From contig NZ_CP021983.2 of the NCBI RefSeq assembly GCF_002075285.3, forward strand, positions 450,001-482,000: a DNA stretch of 32,000 nucleotides, read 5' to 3'. Positions 27,900-32,000 of this stretch are shown piece by piece; the first letter of the stretch is position 1; every line of letters begins with the position of its first letter. The position numbers and the translations under genes were made by a program. The notes under the pieces are model-generated. The model saw only the letters and a program-made list of their open reading frames with translations. It did no database searches and was not told the DNA's origin. Source of the DNA: Halomicronema hongdechloris C2206 (GTDB lineage: Bacteria; Cyanobacteriota; Cyanobacteriia; Phormidesmidales; Phormidesmidaceae).

Positions 27900-28761
27900 A
27901 TGCGTCTTCGACTTCCTCGCCATTACACGGTGTTGATCACTCGCACCGGGTCGGCTCCCATCACCCTGACCATTCGATTGGTTCCCATTCTACTGGCTGG
28001 CTTGATGGCAGCTGGGGGGGGCATCGGCCTGGGTGGGCTGGCTGCTGCATCGCAACGAACAACTGACGGAGCGCAACCAAGAATTAACCAATACTGCCAG
28101 TGATGTGCTGACGGAACTGAATTCCCTAGATGCGGAGATCGAGAATCTGCGCCAGCGGGCTGGGTTGCCCGACACGGGAACTCCGGAGTGGCAGCTGGAT
28201 GACTCCCAAGGGGGCCTGCCACTTGAGGTGCCGCCGGAAACCCTATTTCAGCTGGCTCGACGCCGCTTACCCCTGTTAACTTCTGTCTGGCAGGGGGATG
28301 TGCGCCCAGCCCTGGAAGATACCCTGGCGGCGGAGGCAGCCCGGGCGGCGGCCATTCCCAGTGGACTACCGGTGAAACAGGCCTTGCCGATTTCATCGGA
28401 ATTTGGGTTGCGGCCCGATCCCTTTGGTGGCCGTGCCACGAAATGCACCGGGGCATCGATTTCAAAGGTCCGGTGGGGCACTCCCGTCTATGCTACGGCG
28501 GCGGCGGGGTGGGTGCGTGAGGCCGAAAATTCCGGCGGCTATGGCAACCACGTGGTGGTGGATCATGGCTATGGCTATAAGACCCTCTATGCCCATCTAT
28601 CAGAGATAGCCGTTACCCCGGGGACATCGCTGCAGCCAGGAGAATTGGTGGGCTATCTGGGCAATACCGGCCGCTCCTCTGGACCCCATTTGCACTATGA
28701 GGTGCACCATCAGGATGAAGCCGTTGATCCGAGCGACTATCTGGAGCGAGAGCAGCAGTAG
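27900..28761 (+). CDS. M23-family metallopeptidase with a frame change near a G8 run and a compensating frame-change pair over the HxxxD motif
   Basis: ORFs 27900..28103 and 28033..28761 join within 28010-28040 (G8 at 28014-28021). The C-terminal domain reads GTPVYATAAAGWVREAENSGGYGNHVVVDHGYGYKTLYAHLSE..GNTGRSSGPHLHYEV. The expected HEMHRGIDFKGPVG is encoded in another frame between ~28435 and ~28478. Confidence 0.75.
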
Positions 28762-28800
28762 TTTAAGATCAGAGGATGTCTGATTGGGGTGCGATCGCAC

Positions 28801-29892
28801 ATGGGTAATACCTTCGGCCATTTATTCCGCATCACCACCTTTGGCGAGTCCCATGGGGGTGGGGTCGGGGTGATCATCGATGGCTGTCCGCCCCGGGTAG
28901 CCATCAGCAGTGACGAGATTCAGGCCGAACTAGACCGACGGCGGCCTGGCCAGAGCAAAATCACCACCCCCCGCAAAGAAAGCGATCGCTGTCAGATTCT
29001 CTCTGGGGTGTTTCAGGGCAAAACCCTGGGCACCCCCATTGCCATCCTGGTCCAGAATAAAGACACTCGGCCCCAGGACTATAGCGAGATGGCAACCACC
29101 TATCGCCCTTCCCACGCCGACGCCACCTATGACGCCAAGTATGGCTTCCGCAACTACCAGGGAGGGGGACGCTCCTCGGCCCGAGAGACCATCGGTCGGG
29201 TGGCGGCAGGCGCCATCGCCAAGAAGATCCTGCACCAAGCCGCCGGGGTAGAGATCATTGGCTATGTGAAGCGGATTCAGGATCTTGAGGCCACAGTCGA
29301 TGTGGATACCGTCACCCTGGCAGCGGTAGAAGGTAATATCGTCCGCTGTCCTGACCTGACCGCCGCGGAACGCATGATCGACCGCATCGAAGCCAGCCGC
29401 GATCAAGGCGATTCCATCGGCGGGGTAGTAGAATGTGTGGCTCGCCAAGTGCCCAAGGGACTGGGTTCTCCGGTATTCGACAAGCTAGAGGCAGACTTGG
29501 CCAAGGGGGTCATGTCCCTACCGGCCAGTAAGGGGGTTGAGCTGGGCTCGGGCTTTGCCGGCACCCTCCTGACCGGCAGCCAGCACAACGACGAGTTTTA
29601 TCGGGATGACCAGGGCGAGATTCGTACCCGCACCAATCGCTCTGGGGGCACCCAGGGCGGCATTAGCAATGGCGAGACCATTGTCATGCGAGTGGCCTTT
29701 AAGCCCACCGCCACCATTCGCCGGGAACAACGCACCGTCACCAGCCAGGGGCAAGAGACGGTGTTAGCGGCCCGGGGGCGACATGATCCCTGTGTGCTGC
29801 CCCGGGCAGTACCGATGGTGGAAGCCATGATGGCGCTGGTGCTCTGTGATCATCTCCTGCGCCATCACGGCCAATGTCATCTGCTGGATTAG
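28801..29892 (+). CDS. aroC: Chorismate synthase
   Basis: The ORF is 28789..29892. I place the start at ATG 28801 ([32 protein letters not shown]..). Length and motifs are full (..[21 protein letters not shown]..). Confidence 0.95.
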   Translation: MGNTFGHLFRITTFGESHGGGVGVIIDGCPPRVAISSDEIQAELDRRRPGQSKITTPRKESDRCQILSGVFQGKTLGTPIAILVQNKDTRPQDYSEMATTYRPSHADATYDAKYGFRNYQGGGRSSARETIGRVAAGAIAKKILHQAAGVEIIGYVKRIQDLEATVDVDTVTLAAVEGNIVRCPDLTAAERMIDRIEASRDQGDSIGGVVECVARQVPKGLGSPVFDKLEADLAKGVMSLPASKGVELGSGFAGTLLTGSQHNDEFYRDDQGEIRTRTNRSGGTQGGISNGETIVMRVAFKPTATIRREQRTVTSQGQETVLAARGRHDPCVLPRAVPMVEAMMALVLCDHLLRHHGQCHLLD

Positions 29893-30014
29893 CAATGATA
29901 GACACTCAGTTCACGGATGGCGACGTCAATCTCTTATCAGGGGTGGCGGTGCTGACTTGCATGGTTGTCTTGACATAGGTTGTGCAACAAAATGCCAATC
30001 AGGGCAATGGGTCG

Positions 30015-30431
30015 CTATTCTAAGTATTCTTGACTCCCTGAGGCGCCGCGAATGCTCCTGGATTCATCAGACCAAATACGGCTCACGGCATTGCGGCCCA
30101 CACCAGGCACATCGAAGGGATGCCAGTCGATAGTGGCGCCCAGAGCTTCTGCCCTCGCTACTGTAGTGTCGACGTCTTCGACTCTAACAAAGGCAAGCCA
30201 ACGGGAGGAGATGTTTCGACCAGGATCGACAAAGCCACCCTGGGCTGCGCCATTGGCGATGATCAACGGATAGTCAGCCTCACCGGATGTCCACGCGAAG
30301 TGGGCAGCATGCTCGATCTGATACTCCCAGCCCAGGAGGGTGGCGTAGAAATGCTTTGCCTGCTCAACGTCATTGGTGAGAAGGTCATGCCAGACAACCT
30401 GGCCCATTGCCGTCTTGTCTGTTGTGCTCAT
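30015..30431 (-). CDS. VOC-family (glyoxalase/bleomycin-resistance fold) protein
   Basis: 138-aa ORF: ..VVWHDLLTNDVEQAKHFYATLLGWEY..RWLAFVRVEDVDTTVARAEALGATI..FDVPGVGRNAV.. The extreme C-terminus is atypical and may be affected by an indel. Confidence 0.65.
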   Translation of the reverse strand: MSTTDKTAMGQVVWHDLLTNDVEQAKHFYATLLGWEYQIEHAAHFAWTSGEADYPLIIANGAAQGGFVDPGRNISSRWLAFVRVEDVDTTVARAEALGATIDWHPFDVPGVGRNAVSRIWSDESRSIRGASGSQEYLE

Positions 30432-30737
30432 GCTGTTGCTCTAGATAGTGCCCCATGGCATAAGTCGACTGGTGAGGTTATCCATCTCGAGCACCTGCGG
30501 TCTGGCCCAGTCGGAAAGCACTTGAAGCGCCTGATCGAAATATGCAAACCTGTGGGCACTGCGGTCGACTCAGCGGCAAGATAGTTGCGGCCTCGCCCTA
30601 CCAGTAGGCTGTCTGTTGGCCACATAGCGCTGACCAGTCAGCTCAGGACATGGGTGATCGTCCAATAGCCCAGTCTAAGGGGGCTGACTGGCTCGTCACC
30701 ACACAAAGCATTGTGGCGGTGGTTATAGAATGCGAGG

Positions 30738-31493
30738 TTGTGGTGCTGCATAGCTCCCGTGGCGAACGTCTCCATCATCATACCTGTCTTGAACGAGGCC
30801 AGCTGTCTGGGCCGCACTTTGAGGTATTTGCGGATTTTAGAGCCTGCCTGTGCAGAAGTTCTGGTGGTGGACGGCGGCAGCAGCGACGACACGGCAGCCA
30901 TTGCCCGAGCCGGTGGCGCAACGGTTATCCAATCTGTCCAACGGGGGCGGGCTGCCCAGATGAATGCCGGGGCAGAATGGGCCAGTGGCGACATCCTCTG
31001 CTTTCTGCACGGTGATACCCTGCTACCCGATGATGCGATCGCAGTGATCGAGACGACGCTGGCAAATCCTCAAACTGCCTGCGGCGGCTTTATTTCGGTG
31101 ATGGCCGGCGCCCAGACGACGCGCTGGGGCATCACGCTGCACAACAGCCTCAAAACCCACTACGCGCCGCTGCTATTTCGGCCTCATCTCTATTGTCTCA
31201 AGGGGCTGCGGCTGCTGTTTGGCGACCAAGTGATGTTTTGCCGAAAAACTGATTTTTGGGCCTGTGGCGGCTTTGAGACGACCCTGCCCATCATGGAAGA
31301 GGCTGATCTGTGCTTAAAGCTGTGTCGTCGGGGCCGCATCCGACAGGTGAACCGGGTTGTGCAGTCATCCGATCGCCGGGTGGTCCAGTGGGGACCCATC
31401 AAGGCCAATTTCATTTACCTGGCGATTGGGTTTTTGTGGGGGATTGGGATGCCTGCGGCCGCTCTAAAACAGTTCTACGCAGACGTGCGCTGA
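30738..31493 (+). CDS. Family-2 glycosyltransferase (TIGR04283-like)
   Basis: The ORF has a TTG start at 30738; GTG 30759 is an alternative. The sequence is ..VSIIIPVLNEASCLGRTLRYL..VLVVDGGSSDDTAAIARAGGATVI..GRAAQMNAGA..GDILCFLHGDTLLP.. Confidence 0.75.
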   Translation: MWCCIAPVANVSIIIPVLNEASCLGRTLRYLRILEPACAEVLVVDGGSSDDTAAIARAGGATVIQSVQRGRAAQMNAGAEWASGDILCFLHGDTLLPDDAIAVIETTLANPQTACGGFISVMAGAQTTRWGITLHNSLKTHYAPLLFRPHLYCLKGLRLLFGDQVMFCRKTDFWACGGFETTLPIMEEADLCLKLCRRGRIRQVNRVVQSSDRRVVQWGPIKANFIYLAIGFLWGIGMPAAALKQFYADVR

Positions 31494-32000
31494 TTCAGCT
31501 GCCAGCTATAGGGCAGGTAGGCAACTTTGGCCATGGAGGGTGGCCGTCTGCCGGTGTAGTGCAGCTTGATGTAGTCCACAATGGAATTAGCCTTGTGTCC
31601 CAAAATCGGGGGTCACTTCGCCTCAGCAAAGGCGAACGCATCGTCAATCGAGCGAATGGATTTGTGAGCGAAAATCGGTGTCGGTGCTGATCGCCTGACC
31701 GACAATTTCTAGCTGGGGCTCTAAATCTAGCAGCAACACCAGCTTGCGATCGCAAGGCACAAAAGGTATCTGAGGATGGGAGCCAAAGCTGCCCTCGCTG
31801 GCGATCGCCAAGGTTTCGCCGGTTAGATCCAATGCCGCCTCAGCTTTGAGGCGAGCCGTGGTGATTTGATCGGCTGAGCGGGGAACGTCGCGGGTGAAAG
31901 TGCCTAGGGTGTCCGTGTTGAAACCAGCAGGCATCAGGGGCTTGACCCCAGGGGCGGTTTCCAGGCGGGGGGCAATGACCTGTTCTTTGCGATGCATGGT
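31475..32000 (-). pseudogene. Conserved cyanobacterial hypothetical protein (DUF6671-like by recollection); the 5' end probably lies beyond the window; frame-disrupted
   Basis: ORF 31644..31997 reads MHRKEQVIAPRLETAPGVKPLMPAGFNTDTLGTFTRDVPRSADQITTARLKAEAALDLTGETLAIASEGSFGSHPQIPFVPCDRKLVLLLD.. The plausible continuation ..FAHKSIRSIDDAFAFAEAK*PPILGHKANSIVDYIKLHYTG.. lies in another frame and contains an in-frame TGA (~31611). The 3' end is uncertain. Confidence 0.45.

Noticed and set aside
30428-31015. ORFs 30428..30625 (-), 30638..30994 (-) and 30650..31015 (+)
   Set aside because: These are short ORFs in the VOC-GT2 spacer, or antisense to or out of frame with the GT2 gene. They show no recognisable sequence features.

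Overview
This is a cyanobacterial chromosomal window. The evidence is GC-rich coding DNA, more than 20 copies of the HIP1 octamer GCGATCGC, and psb34, ycf66, mntCAB and a psbA relic.

Layout:
(1) 1-10.1 kb looks accessory. It holds a low-GC TIR/TM/WD40 gene (minus strand, truncated by the window edge). Next comes a small 11-mer-repeat protein, then a 985-aa membrane-anchored NB-ARC-like STAND NTPase with HEAT repeats and a C-terminal FGE-sulfatase domain. A 470-aa TIR + FGE-sulfatase protein follows. After that comes a low-GC, HIP1-free block with two tandem Crp/Fnr-type regulators and two small membrane ORFs, then an internally deleted psbA relic. An inverted repeat of about 80-100 bp (6095-6194 / 9634-9735) brackets the TIR-FGE gene plus the Crp block. 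GC-rich palindromic REP/MITE-like elements fill the intergenic DNA.
(2) 10.1-21 kb is a metal-homeostasis cluster. It contains mntCAB (minus strand), a divergent MntP/DUF204-like gene, a cobalamin riboswitch upstream of hupE, a TonB-dependent receptor, a FecB/BtuF-type binding protein, a metallophosphoesterase and a FecCD permease.
(3) 21-32 kb holds a small protein plus a NACHT/multi-TM protein, a STAS-sugar transferase fusion, ycf66, psb34, an MBL-fold hydrolase, an M23 peptidase, aroC, a VOC protein, a GT2 glycosyltransferase and a disrupted conserved hypothetical gene.

Caveat: between about 17.6 and 23 kb, and again in the M23 peptidase and the last gene, reading frames are broken by many single-base frame changes and in-frame stops. 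Many sit at G/T homopolymers and some occur as compensating pairs. I cannot tell real gene decay from sequencing indel error using this sequence alone. No tRNA, rRNA, CRISPR array, transposase or integrase was seen.
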